Positions 12,301-25,050 of a stretch of DNA of 64,000 bases are shown here, piece after piece (position 1 is the first letter of the stretch; every line of letters begins with the position of its first letter). The notes under the pieces were generated by a model that was not told the DNA's origin, did no database searches, and saw nothing but the letters and a program-made list of their open reading frames with translations. Location: the NCBI GenBank assembly GCA_002189035.1, contig NEEC01000023.1, forward strand, positions 186,001 through 250,000. Direction: 5' to 3'. Source of the stretch: Utricularia gibba (Eukaryota; Plantae; Magnoliophyta). The position numbers and the translations under genes are program-made.

Positions 12301-15300
12301 TACCATTCTGCTGCCAATACACAAATCCACCTCCCTTTGTACCATTTGCCGGTTCTGTCAATCTGGAAGCATACGGGCTACCAGATGAAACAATTAGAGC
12401 TGCTCCATCACCAACGAGTCCGGGAAAACTGACTGCATGGATTGAATCAGCTGGCATGATCTGCCAATTTTCCTTTTCCATTACCATTTTTAAAGCCTGC
12501 CACGCAATATCCATAAGTCTACTTGGACCAGAAAAAAAAAGTTCAAATAACACCCTCAGCATGTGGTAGAGAGTACAAATATGCCATATTTTTAAGTTCA
12601 ACTATGCCATATTTTTATCACATTAAAGCTGTTGAAAACAATGAAACCACTTCGTATTAGCAACGTTCATCCATATATATGGAGCAACATCAATGCTGAA
12701 TAGGACAAAGACTCACCATCAGTATTTTGTTGATGCAAGAAGGAAAAAAAAAACAACGGACTTCCAGCTAACTACAATATTAAACACTCACAAAAAATTA
12801 ACAATTCTAACTACTTGTGCATCTCACCACCTTAATGAAGATACTAACAATTCTCATTGGCCAAATTACAGATAACTCTTTAAAGTACAACCAAGCAGTT
12901 ACTCCGAGTTTTTAAAAATCAGAAACCAAAAGGCAAATTATTGCAACCTCCAATAAACATTTTTGGTGTTAAAGATAAAAATCCACTACCATTACAGCCA
13001 ATGGCAATACTACCTCCAACCCAGAAATTTCAGAAGCATGAGCTGAACCTAAATTTTACGAGAACGAGCATTCTATTTCAGTGACTAAAAAATAACCATT
13101 CATGCTACCAGCTAATAACAAAAAAATACATGCAATTTAAAGAACCGAAAGAAGTGTTGTTCTAGCAAATGCAGAAAAAGCAGAATCCCATACCGCTATC
13201 ATCAAATTTACCCATTAAGTGAAAGCGCAAACCCAGGTGAGAAAGACTTACAGACATATTCTGCCGGTGGAAAGAAGCAAAATAACTTTCACAAACAGAC
13301 CTAAGTTTCTGGCGGAAGTCAATAGCTTCTGTTCCACAAAATGCCTCCCCAGCAAGAATGAAGGTGCACAGATCTTCATATATTTTCAAAAATTGTTGAA
13401 CACTTGTAGAACAAACTGTAGATGAAGACAGCAAAACAGCGATACGACTTGTTGTAAGTTGCCAAAGATTCCTACGACCCCTCTGTAAGGAAAGTGAAAC
13501 AAATGCCACAGCATCTCTTCGCAGGGAAAACCAAGATGACCCACTACATGATGCTTCACTTCCAGTATCTCTTTCTTCAGAAGTACTGTTGGCATGGTCT
13601 TTAGTACAGTTCACCATACCAGAAGCAGATGGAACAGTTCTTAGTGGCATTTTACCAGTGGACGAAGCATGCCCTTCTTCACCTGATAGAGGATCAAATC
13701 CATCTTCAGCTGGAGAACTTGGAGAAGTTTCCATGACCCTATTATCCGATATCCCAGATGAAACTTGCTGCATCCAAAAACAGATTTTAATGAATATCAA
13801 GTTCTTCTCCTCTGTTATAATTCCAATAATGACAATGAATGATCTAGTAAAGCCATCAATAGAAAATGGGAATTCCTCCCCGCCATGCAGACCCATCACA
13901 GTCACCAAGCTATTTTAGATATAACATCTGAGTGAAGCAGCAAAATTATAGCTTACTTCCCTTTTAACAAGGCAATAGAAAACACTAGACTGCATCAAAT
14001 AAGAAAATGAAAACGCAAGAATTGCTGCTTCCACCAGCGTGTTTTGCCAAGCTACTATGGCATAATGTCGATAGTTATACACACATACCCTAAATAGCAT
14101 AGGCTTAAGAAGGTATGTGTGCCAAAAGATGGGCATGCTGATTCAAAAAGCAATATATATGATTAAGATTCCTCATTGCAAACACAGGAAAGAAGAGCTG
14201 GTGTTTTTCTCAAAGACTCACTTTGTTTTCTATTTGTAAGCTCATTATTGAATAATAAGAGCACATGAGCTTAAATAGAACAGCTAGTGTTGCCAACAAG
14301 CATTTCCTGAATTTCGACTCAGATACCCGAGCACATAAATCACTGTAAGTCAGCCTGCACCAAATATCAAAAGCATACAGAGAAATGCATATATTAACAC
14401 ATCCACTAACTGGAAAATAGGAGAAGTTGCACATAAGGATTAAAATATACAAACATCTGCACAAGATAGCACACACCTTGCTGTTTCAATCTTTGTATCG
14501 TGAAAATCCTGCACTGAATCAAACATCCTTAGTTCAACTGAATTTACATGTGTGAATGGTATCAAATGAAACATTACATCTACACTTGTGTTTAACTGCT
14601 TGCCAAACTAATCTTCAAAATGAACAAAAAGGGTCACCTCCTCCAATGAAGTCTTCAATGAAAAGTGACTTTCAGATATAACCTCCTGGATGAAGAAGCT
14701 TTGTAACTTTTCAGCTAGACCAGAAACATCACCAATTAAGGCATACGCATCAAGCACCTGCAGGAGATGAACAATACGGTGTCTTAAAAGAATAATTTTC
14801 TCATCAGCAAGGACCAGGACAATAAATGACATTTTTCTTTAGACATATGATTATGTATATAAGTGGAACATAACAGGAAATTACACAGAGTGCACTGAAA
14901 TCGAAAAAGAACAGAACAATTCGCATTTGGTCTTTCATGCGGAACAGAAAAATTCTTCATTTGGCCGTTCATAAAGATTCTTGGCATCATATAACATAAA
15001 CATGAACTTACAGTTACGTAGCCATCCTCCTTGAAGTCTTTGCAGATTTCTAGTAGTAGAAAATCCAGCTTTTGAAAAGTTTTTCCCAGCCAAGCCTACA
15101 AAACGAATTCAATCGCAGTTTTGAAGCAGTGATGATGCAAAGCATGAGAACACAAAATAAACATAAAATCAAATCCAAGTTGCACGTGTGCAAGCAAGTA
15201 AAAGGAACAATGAAAGCAAGTATTAAAAGTGGAAAAGAAAAACGAATTTCTGTAAGTAGAGTCCAATTCACCTCAGCACCACGGGTCAGATCTTGCACTG

Positions 15301-18241
15301 CATGAAGACCAGATAAAGAATCTAGAAGTTGAATATATTCCGGAAGTACTTGGAAAGCCTATCAATTTAGATTTAATGAATTTGGCATGCAAAATACAAA
15401 AAAAAAAAAAAAAAGATATGAACAAGTGGTTCAACCACATCTTGAAGAAATAAAACAAGGGGAGAGGAAGTTTCCCTAAAATACATAACAAACAACACCT
15501 CTGTGTATGTTTCCTGTTCGATACAAGTTTCAAGTGTAGCTTGCATGTTCACAGCATGATGAAGCTCTGCGAGTATAGTCAGCAGGTCCTGCAAGAAGCA
15601 TTAGGTTATTAGTGCCACAGAATAATATGAATATTGTCAACAAAAAACACATCATGCACATCATTTGCAGCACAAGATTACCGAAAGAGCCTGCTTTCTT
15701 TTGGACCGCTCATTGACAACAAGATCCCTAGAAACCTCATTCTTTGATGAGTTGAGGTGCCTTCGACCATTCTGCTCAAAACACATGATAATAGCAGCTT
15801 CAGTTTCATGGAATTTGAAAGTGGTAATGTTTTGAATGCAGATTGTTATAATGAACTTCATGAAATTTGAAAGTCATCATGATTTGAGAGCATGCCCTTC
15901 CTAAAGACACTCATCATAAGTTCTATCATCTACAAATTGAACAAATATTCTAAGGCAATAATGTTATGAGTCGTAATCCAAAACAGTACAAGGTTGTAAG
16001 AACAAATATTCATTCACATGAGCATGAGCAGCAGATCTATACATCAAACGTTCAGGTTTTTAATTAAAAATCATTATCAAAAAGACGCAACTTCAGTGAA
16101 CTGGCTAAGGTTGTGAACAAAAAAGTATGCAAAACTGTACTCAGTTCATATAGGTAAGGTAAAAGGATCACCTGCTTACCATGCATATAACTGTGGCAAT
16201 CTTCAAGTCCCTTTCCAACTCCCGCACCAAATTCATCCCTTCCACTACAAATACGCACAATATAAGCGGTAATCTGAAGAAGTTAAACTATACTGTGCAC
16301 AGGATTTAACAGAAAAAGAATTAAGACCACGAAAAAACGCAAGAATGGGTGTAAACGGCATTGAATCACTGATTTACACGAGTACACAAGCATTCACAGG
16401 GAAAAACAGACACATCACACACACGAATGAAACGCAATATCAGTCCTACAGCTACCACAAGCTGTTCATAGAAAATTTAGAGAAAAAAACCCAAATCTAA
16501 AGAAAAAATTCAACCACAACCTCTGCAGAACTACTGACCTGAACAAACCTTTACCAGAAGGATAATTTGAAAAACAGTGAATACGACAGTATATCTGGTA
16601 CATGATAATAAAATCATTCCAACATACAGCTTTTCTAAACATAAAGTGGAAAAATGTATAAAAACCTCACCCATTTCTTCATGATGTTCCATGACATGGC
16701 GTGATAAGCACTCAGAAATTCTATCCAGCTGTAATAGCCGAAGAGCAGCCTGTAGCAAAAGCAGTGCAGATAGAAAATTGAGCAACAAGGAACTTAATAA
16801 TATTTCAGAATAAAAAATCAGCATAAAACTCAGGGTAACCAACACAGAATGATGAAAACACAGAAACTCGATGACAAAGGATATAATACCTTCTCCTCAA
16901 GATGAGATAGTTCGTTTTCATCAGAAGGAACTTGTTCCAGGACGTACCTAATCGGATCAAAATCCTAAAAGGAAAGAAGTGGCAATAGATATTAATAATC
17001 GCAAGCCATGATACAAAGATATAAATCATGAACTTGATCATACAAGCTGTATCTGTCAAATATATGTAAATACAATTTCAAGGGGGAGGGGAAAATTCAC
17101 AAGTTCTACTCTGAACTCTCTAACGAGAAGAAAGCTAATTGTTCGAGTACAAATAATTATCTGCAAAAAGAATCATGGATCTCACAAAAACACAAAATTA
17201 CACATTGAGATTAGTTTCACCACAAGAACAAAAACATGGTGAGCTTTTCTATTACAAAGTTCAGCTATATGGATCGCAAGGATGTCATTCTTTAGAGTAG
17301 TTTTCGTGAAAAAAATACTGGGAAATGCAAACTTTTTTTATCATTAATGTAATGAATGTTTCTCATGATACAGTTACAAACTTTTCTTTCACACAATGCA
17401 GCATGCAATTCAAGTTGCAACATTTGAAATCCAAAGATCATTCATTGACAGAGCTGTTCAAGTGAAGCCTAATCAAGCAAAACTCTCCATCCAGCAGTAG
17501 TGTGTGAAGCAACAATCGTCGAGTAGAATATGAATATCTAAATATCTGAATCACTCAGTTTTTTAATAATAACCCAAAACCATATTGGATCAATATATCC
17601 TGGAGAAAAATAAACAACCTCCTCAAAGAATTCATGCTCGAGCTCATCAACATCTGGAGCTTTTGGGCTGCTACCATATATTGCACTCAACTCTTCAGAG
17701 CTTGTAGAAATATTCTGCCTTTGTTCTGGAGAAAGTCCAGCAAGAACACGGGCCACAGCTGCAGCAGCTGCTGCTCGTTCTGGAACCTGTGTCAATATGA
17801 AAAAATTAACTGCCGCAAAGATAAAACAGTGGCCCAGGGTAATGAAAAGGCATTTAACGCAAGTACATGTTACAAAGATCCAATCTCAATATTATAATTG
17901 CGATAGCACCACACTCACTCGGATGACTACTTCATACAACTGAACCCAAATTCAGTTAAAGAACTGCAAAGTACAAATTTCAGTACCTCGGGACGATCCG
18001 ACGAGTATGAAAGGAGACCAAGGGATCGAGCTGAGCGAACAGAACTGATGATCTTCTCGCCAACTCTGGACAAGTCCATTCCGCCTGTTTCCCGCGAGAA
18101 GAGCAGCGACCCTAGGAAAAAGTACCTCGACAATTCAAACCCACCGTCTCCCAAATCACGGACCCCGCCACTAGCGGCATTCAATAGCAAAAACGGACTG
18201 ATTGGGAACGGCAGAGTCAAAGGAGTATCTCCCGGCTGCAT
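9360..18241 (-). CDS. VPS50: Syndetin / VPS50 (EARP complex subunit, CCDC132 family), large multi-exon gene
   Basis: ATG at 18241 (the ORF-track start at 18250 is GTG). Exons encode MDLSRVGEKIISSVRSARSLGLL, PERAAAAAAVAR, LQRGRRNLWQLTTSR, DENEDLHADFIDEDSQLP, MDKYARLMQKL, AYYLPETEFVHWSRAHP|EYTKNQVVGLVNLVASMKGWKRK. Stop at 9360-9362. Confidence 0.92.
10656..10676. repeat. Poly(A) mononucleotide run (A21) in a VPS50 intron
   Basis: Read directly from the sequence. Confidence 0.8.
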
Positions 18242-18514
18242 TTCAATCACGCGCCGCCTGCCGAGACCGGACGATGCCGCCGCATTGTCGCCTCATCGGA
18301 TCGCTAGCATCTACCGGCGGTGATCGCATTCAAAATTTGGTATAAAACTTGGGTAAATTCAGGGGCTTCATCAGATAGATCTCCGCTTATCCCTGTTTAC
18401 AATTTGATCGCCAACATCAAAATCACAGCGACACTGGAATAGAAACGATAGGACGTTACGGAGGTGAACCAACAGTACAAGAAAACGGGCTGGAGATTCT
18501 CATGTAAAGTCCAG

Positions 18515-18575
18515 TGGGCCTGGGTTTGCTTGTTTATTGGACGCCCTACTTGGTCCGGGCCACTTTAAGCCCAAT
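18515..18575. promoter_or_regulatory. Site II (TGGGCY / RGCCCA, TCP-binding) cluster upstream of VPS50
   Basis: tgggcc, gggccc and aagccca within 60 bp, ~300 bp upstream of the VPS50 ATG. Confidence 0.5.
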
Positions 18576-19095
18576 CAAAGACCCATAATCAGGATGTCCT
18601 AAGTCAAAACATATATTATAAACTCCATAAAAGCCATTTTAATATTTTTGGTCGATCAATTATTAAATTAAAAATTCCAAAATATAAGATAGACTAAATT
18701 CAATTTAAATATCAAACCATTTAGTCAACTTTAACCTCCATATTAACTCAAGATATAGATTAGGATCAATCGATTTATTTCAATTCATGATTTTATTAAC
18801 CAAGATTCAATTATATGATTTCACACAGATGAGCATTTTAGAATACATCTCCAATAATTATGAATCATTTATTTATTTGGCTAATTATAAGTTAATCAAT
18901 TGCTAATTACTCATAACCTTCTCCAGTGTGCTTCATTTTTCTTCACTGTCATCTCCCTACTCAAATGACACTTGGGAAATGAAATGAACCCCTTGATTAA
19001 ACTGTTCAAGACAAAAATTTCAAATCCCATAAGCTTAGTTGAAACTGATAGGGAAAAGGGAGGATGATTTACTACAGGATTAAGGGTACTGCTGC

Positions 19096-19882
19096 TTAAT
19101 CAAAGAGACTGAATCCCATGTCCTGCAACAACAAGCAATGGCAGCAGTCAGTATAGTTTCATATCATACACAAGCAAACTAAAAGATAGTGTTAGCAGTC
19201 GAGGTTCCAGGGAACTCACATCGTCAGATTCTTCCTTCTCTTCTACCTTCTCTTCTTTCTTCGGCTCAGCCGCAGCAGGAGCAGCAGCACCACTACCAGC
19301 ACCACCAACAGGAGCAACGGCAACCGCAGCACCACCCCCACCGGCAGGGACAGAGGCAAGCTTTTCTCGTCCAGCAGCAATTAGCTCAGTTATGTCCTTT
19401 CCCTTAACTTGGGACAGCAATAACTCAATCTTGTCATCATCCGATTCAGCCCCAACTGCATACACGTATTTCAACGAGAGCAACTATGTTATACCAAATT
19501 CCTGTGGAGTAGCGAAAGGTCTAGCAAAGAGAGTCTGACTCCCACTCAAGGATTCATGCAAACTACAAGGCGTATGACACAAAGGAAATGGCAGGTTTGC
19601 CTACATTTCGCTAACAATCCCAAGAAACTGCTTCAAACAGTGTAGTTAACAAGAGAGCCTAAATTCAAAGCATAATTCAATGCTACAAATTGAAAATACA
19701 AAAAGACAGAATTTAACGAAGCTAGATCGACCAGCAGTGGCTTTACCCTAAATGAACACGGAAACGAGCAAAGCAGTTGAAAAGGGAGAAGAACCTGAGG
19801 CCAATATATCTTTCACGTCCTCAGCCGATGGAGAGGTATTGCCACCGAGAACCGCCAACAAATACGCTGCAACCACCTTCAT
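19096..19882 (-). CDS. RPP2: 60S acidic ribosomal protein P2, 3 coding exons
   Basis: Exons 19882-19795, 19455-19220 and a last exon ending at 19096. MKVVAAYLLAVLGGNTSPSAEDVKDILAS|VGAESDDDKIELLLSQVKGKDITELIAAGREKLASVP..EEKEESDD|DMGFSLFD*. Confidence 0.95.
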
Positions 19883-20148
19883 TTCTACACAAAACAACCA
19901 AAATCCCACTGAAGTCAATTAACGGAACAGGGACAATCCGATCAAAGATCGCAAACAAATAAAAATCAATAACGTAAATCACTTGGGGTGCAGTACGAGA
20001 TTACTCTGAAAATTTCACGGCAACCGGAAAAGAAGAATTTCTGCAGAACGTGAATCCCAGCAGCCGGCGGAGCGCGCAAACGGAGCAAGTGTGGAATTTA
20101 TCCTTAGGGCTTGGGAACTGTGTCTTATTTACGAAAATAGCCTTATAT

Positions 20149-20190
20149 TGGGCTGGGCTATCTCCCCGCCCACCCAAGTCGGCCCAAAAG
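20149..20190. promoter_or_regulatory. Site II elements upstream of RPP2
   Basis: tgggctgggct..ggccca; typical of plant ribosomal-protein promoters. Confidence 0.5.
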
Positions 20191-21035
20191 TGAGAGTTCC
20201 ATTAATTTCAAAATTACATTCTTAGAAAAGAATTTTTTATTTTTTTTGATAATTCAGCCAAAAAGTTGAAATAAAATAAGAGTTCACTCCATAACATAAA
20301 ATCCAATGCATGTCAGTATCCACTCTCTCCTTATATCATATTATATATTTTTATACTTGTAATTAATATATATTGTTTTAACGACTAATCGTTTCATCAT
20401 TTAGTGTCTGATTAGATGTCCAAGAAAAATGCAACAAATTTGCTAAATATGTATAATCCAATGATCCAATGGTTGAAATTAAGCCTCATTTGGTAAAGTT
20501 TCAAGAAAAAAAAATTCAAATAAATGCTATTTTTGGAGTAGTTACATTTTATAAGCATTCCAAAAATTACCTAAACAAGTAGAAAGATGCTTCAAAAGAA
20601 TTGAAACATTCCAAATTTTCCACTTTTTGAACACAAAAAAACATTTTTTAGAAAAAAAAAATATCAAATCATTTATTATTATTATTGGGGGGGAAAAAAA
20701 GACATTCCAACACAATACTAGTTATTAATATAAAAATCAAATAAATGGGAACATCAATATTTCATCTCTGGTTTTAATTGCTTTTATGAAGGGAAAGAAT
20801 ATCAAAGTTGGCTTGAAAATCCAACAAAATCATTCCCAAGAGTTAGTTTTTTCCCCACCCCAGTCCCTAGCTTCATCCCTAATCCACGTTTAGAAGCTAA
20901 AGTGCGCCCATTCCGGTTGATGTTTTTCCCACTCTATCAGTGTAGAGTCAGAACTACATTCTTCACTGCATCTTCCTCAGCCTTCTTGCTTCAGTTTTGC
21001 CTGAAAAGGGATCGAGATACAGCGTCAGAATTGCG

Positions 21036-22088
21036 ATGGAACTCGGACATGCAGCAGCTACGATGCCCCGTGTCCAATACCTTCTCCTGCTGCTTCTTGT
21101 TCTGCTGGCAGCAGTCCTGGCCTTCCAGTTTGATCTCCTCCATCGCTGCTATGAGGCGCCAAGATCCGTGGACGGAGTGGTTTTACGTTACGCGGCGGTG
21201 GATCTCGACGAGCCCCGGCTGAGGGGAGAAATCGCTGCGCTGCTCAGGAAGGAGGAGTTCAACAGGGAGTTTAGTGTGAAGTGGAAGCCTTCTGCGGAGC
21301 TGGTGATGAGGTTTCGGAGGCATTTGAGTGATTGGGTGGAGAACAGGAGGTTCGATCCGCATGTGATGCTGGAGACGACGGAGATGTTGTTTCATGGACG
21401 GGACGGGAAATCCCGATTCCGGAGCTGCGCCGTGGTGGGAAACAGCGGGATCCTCTTGGACCAGGATCACGGCGCCTTCATCGACGCACACGAGATCGTC
21501 ATACGTCTGAACTACGCGCCGACGTGGGGGTTCGAGCGGCGCGTGGGGACGAAGACCAGCATCTCCTTCGTCAACAGCAACGTCCACCGCTCCTGCTGCG
21601 GGCTCCGATCCCTCCCGTTTTGCAATCCCTACAACCCGAACACCCTGACCGTCATGTACATCTGCCAGCCCATCCACTTCTTCGACTACCTCCGGTGCAA
21701 CTCGTCGGAGTATCCGGTGATCATCACCGACCCCAGATTCGACACGCTCTGCGCTCAACTCGTGAAGTACTATTCCTTGAAGCGGTTCGTGGAGAGTACA
21801 GGGAAGGATGTGAGCGAGTGGCCGGAGGCGCATGGCGGCAGGTGGTTTCACTACTCGTCGGGGATGCAGGCGGTGATGCTGGCAGTCGGGATTTGTGAGA
21901 AGGTGAGCGTTTTGGGGTTTGGGAAGGGGGGGAATGCGAAGCACCATTATCACGATGGTCAGAAGTCCGAGCTTTCACTTCATGACTTCGAAGCTGAGTA
22001 TGAGCTGTACCAAGATTTGAAGACGAAGCCATCGGAAATACCTTTCATTTCCGATAAGTTTCAGTTCCCTCTGTTCGATATCTATTAG
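21036..22088 (+). CDS. GALT29A: Sialyltransferase-like GT29 protein (GALT29A-like beta-1,6-galactosyltransferase), intronless
   Basis: N-terminal TM anchor, L motif CAVVGNSGIL..IDAHEIVIRLN, S motif SSGMQAVMLAVGICEKVSVLGF, VS-like HDFEAEY. First ATG at 21036 (alternative 21063). Confidence 0.88.
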   Translation: MELGHAAATMPRVQYLLLLLLVLLAAVLAFQFDLLHRCYEAPRSVDGVVLRYAAVDLDEPRLRGEIAALLRKEEFNREFSVKWKPSAELVMRFRRHLSDWVENRRFDPHVMLETTEMLFHGRDGKSRFRSCAVVGNSGILLDQDHGAFIDAHEIVIRLNYAPTWGFERRVGTKTSISFVNSNVHRSCCGLRSLPFCNPYNPNTLTVMYICQPIHFFDYLRCNSSEYPVIITDPRFDTLCAQLVKYYSLKRFVESTGKDVSEWPEAHGGRWFHYSSGMQAVMLAVGICEKVSVLGFGKGGNAKHHYHDGQKSELSLHDFEAEYELYQDLKTKPSEIPFISDKFQFPLFDIY

Positions 22089-22491
22089 TCCGGCTGTGTC
22101 CGTACATTATAATCCGATACTAATACAAAGTTTTGATCGCCTGCGATGGAGTCCACCGTATCTCTCAATATTTCAAAATATGCAAATTTCAAAATACAAT
22201 GGATACCATCTGAAATTAAGTCCCATTTTAAAATTTATATAAATACTTGTCATATAAATAAAATTGAAAAAGTATTTTTAATACATACATTTTTTCAAAT
22301 TTGTGTTTAATCAAATATAATATTTAATAGATATATTTGGAATATATAAAAAAAAGTTAAACTTACGTAATTAAAAAAATAAAATAATACATGTTTCATT
22401 AATTTTCACTACTATGAGTATAAATATTCAAATCTTCTATCTTCTCCTAAAAAATCACACAAGTTATATATTAAATTAAATAAATAAATAA

Positions 22492-22496
<5 letters not shown>

Positions 22497-22540
<44 letters not shown>
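22497..22540. repeat. (TA)22 microsatellite preceded by (TAAA)n
   Basis: Read directly from the sequence. Confidence 0.95.
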
Positions 22541-22542
<2 letters not shown>

Positions 22543-23447
22543 GAACTCATTACCCAAAATAAATTGTAATTGTTTTAGATTACACCAAATGACACAAGAT
22601 CAAATCGAAGTACTTTTTAAATCAAAATTTTTTAATAAAAATAAAATAAATCTCTCGCATTATATCCATATTTTTGAAATCCTAGACTTTTTATTATTTT
22701 TTAAAATTTAAAAAAATAAAATTTTGAAATTAATAAAATTATATCTAAAATATGTAATCGGATATTCTATTAACCGCTGTAAACCGATTAACCGGTTTAA
22801 TTCGTCGATGAATCGACCTAGTTCAAAAACTAATTTGGGGAGACAGTTCACAATTGAACCTGATCTGGAAGAAGGAGCAGGGAGCATCACACTACGCCGC
22901 ATTTGATGTCCTCCACCAGTTTGCTCACATTTTCCGGCGAACTAAAGATCTAGACCATCGACTTGGGCGCAATAAACCGGATCTACGATACGAATATTCA
23001 AATTGAAAGCAATAATCAATGACTAGGAAGAAGAAGGCTACTTCCTGCAATGAGTTGCGGCATTCAAATTGTTGCAATAATGCCTGACCGCTTTTCTGGG
23101 AACCAGTCTTGCGGTTGGGGCGACTGTGCTGATTCCCGCCGGAACTACTCAAGGATGGGTTCGAATTTCAGGTTCTGAGATCTTGTGTTGTTCGCGTACT
23201 GATGAGGAAACTAAGCAAGGGAAAACTCAAGTAACTTCTTTGTGTGATTCAGACAGTAAACATGTATGGTCTGAAAAGCCATGAATCAAATTGGACAATG
23301 AGTCATTTATGAAAAGGAGCACCACCCCAACTAACAGTTCTGGCATCTGAACTACTCCATTAACTGCTCCATTGTTTGCTTGTCTGGGTATATATACCAA
23401 GGCTGGGGTGGGTCTCAACTTTGATGTGTGCAGGTTTCTCAGCTTCA

Positions 23448-24046
23448 ATGGCGACGACCCAGCTTCTGTTTGCGGCTGCTGCTTTCTTCACCGCAGCTTT
23501 AGCGTTTGGGGGTGCCCAGACTCAGCAGATCCAAAACCTCACCGGAGCCGTCGCATGCCTCGACTGCCCCCCTGCTACAGATCTCTCTGGTCAGTGATTC
23601 CGAGCTGCCATACACGAGATACCTCTGCATTCACCTGTTTCTCATTTTGTTTTCACGTCCGTTATGTCTCAGGAATTCAACTCCTCTTCAACTGCGAAAA
23701 CATCAAGAGGATATCGATGACATACACCGACAAAGACGGGAGCTTCACGGCCGAGCTTCCTTCCGACGGAGCGGCATCCCGCCACCACCCTTCCAACTGC
23801 AAGGCGAAGATCAGCGGAGGCCCGTACCATCTCTACGTCTCACCCTCAGACACATTGATCCCACTGAACGAGAAAGAAGGCCACTACGAAGCCTCGAAGC
23901 CTCTCTCTTTCTACAAATCGTGCCCCGATCAAGGAAACTGTGGAGCCAAAGACGTCGGCTTTGCTGCCGTTGATCTGCCGAGAGACAGAGGTTTCAACTC
24001 CGATGGCCCCTATGTCGCTTTGGTTCCCCTTGTGGGAATACCCTGA
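23448..24046 (+). CDS. Pollen Ole e 1 allergen/extensin family secreted protein, 2 exons
   Basis: Exons 23448-23589 and 23673-24046. Signal peptide, GAVACLDC..DLSG|IQLLFNC..TDKDGSFTAELP..CKAKI Cys pattern. Confidence 0.82.
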
Positions 24047-25050
24047 GACTTCCCCTTCAAGAGAGGCTCATTTTAATAAACAATCACCCGTTCTCGAAAA
24101 ATTAAACTAGTATGGTAAAAATTCTGATTCATGCTATAAAAAGTATATCGTTTCGAAGTTCATTCTAAGTATTGGTGCTTAAGAGATGATTTTATATTAA
24201 TCTTTTACGGTACAATAAAGTGGTCAAGATGTTCGAAATAATGTAACTTTTAAAATAATTAAATAAATGAGCATGTTATCTATATTGATTATCAAACATA
24301 ATTATTTTAAATATTTTAAAGTTATATTAAATGAGTTTATATATTATTTAAAATGAAATGCTTATTAAAATAATTTAAAAACGAATGTAAAAGAATTAAA
24401 TTTATTGTTTTTTTGTTGGGAAAAATTCAAGAGGGTCCGTCCATTGATAGCCCGTTAAAAGCCCAACTGAATGCTCACCGGGGAGGATAAACAAAGCGAT
24501 GAAGCGAATCCAGGTCGTCTTCTACACATGTCCTCTGCTTTTCCTCTAGTGATTGCTTGAAAGGGGAGTGGTGAGTGCGCTTCTGGGGTTCTTCGCAGCG
24601 TCTGTCTTTCCGGGGAAGTGGCGTCGGCACTAACTTCGATAAGGAACCAGCTTCAGTCCTCCTCGCTTTTCAAAAAGAAGAAGAAAACATAAAGACGACG
24701 ATGCAGAGACTGACGTCGGCGCCACGTGATCGGTATCCCCGTCTTTCAAAAGTGAGAGCCTTCAGAACTGCATCTATCGCCTTCATTCCCTTTTCCTTCT
24801 CTTCACATCAGTAAAAAGCTGTTGTTTCAGTCTCTCTGCTTTCAATCTCAGAGTTGGGAAAAAAAACCTTGAATCCGATCCTGGGAGTGCCGGAGCTTTT
24901 TCCCCCTTTCATAACCGTCTTATTCTCTGTCGAATTGGGTAAGTTCCGATGGCTCTTCTTCTCTTCCCAACGGTAAAAAGATTCATTTTTCTTTTCCACT
25001 GGTTTCAGATCTATTGCGCATTTCCCAGATTCTGAGTCTTCTCCGATCAC

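Noticed and set aside
16870-16895. ATATCCTTT U12-type donor motif on the minus strand
   Set aside because: The exon ends at a normal GT donor a few bases earlier (gagaag|gtatta), so the motif is internal to the intron.
21183-21953. 256-aa minus-strand ORF and other ORFs overlapping GALT29A
   Set aside because: Shadow frames of a GC-rich intronless CDS with no recognisable motifs.
23120-23230. tRNA T-arm-like GGTTCGAAT and hammerhead-like CTGATGAG..GAAAC
   Set aside because: No cloverleaf or A box, and no stem II for a hammerhead core.
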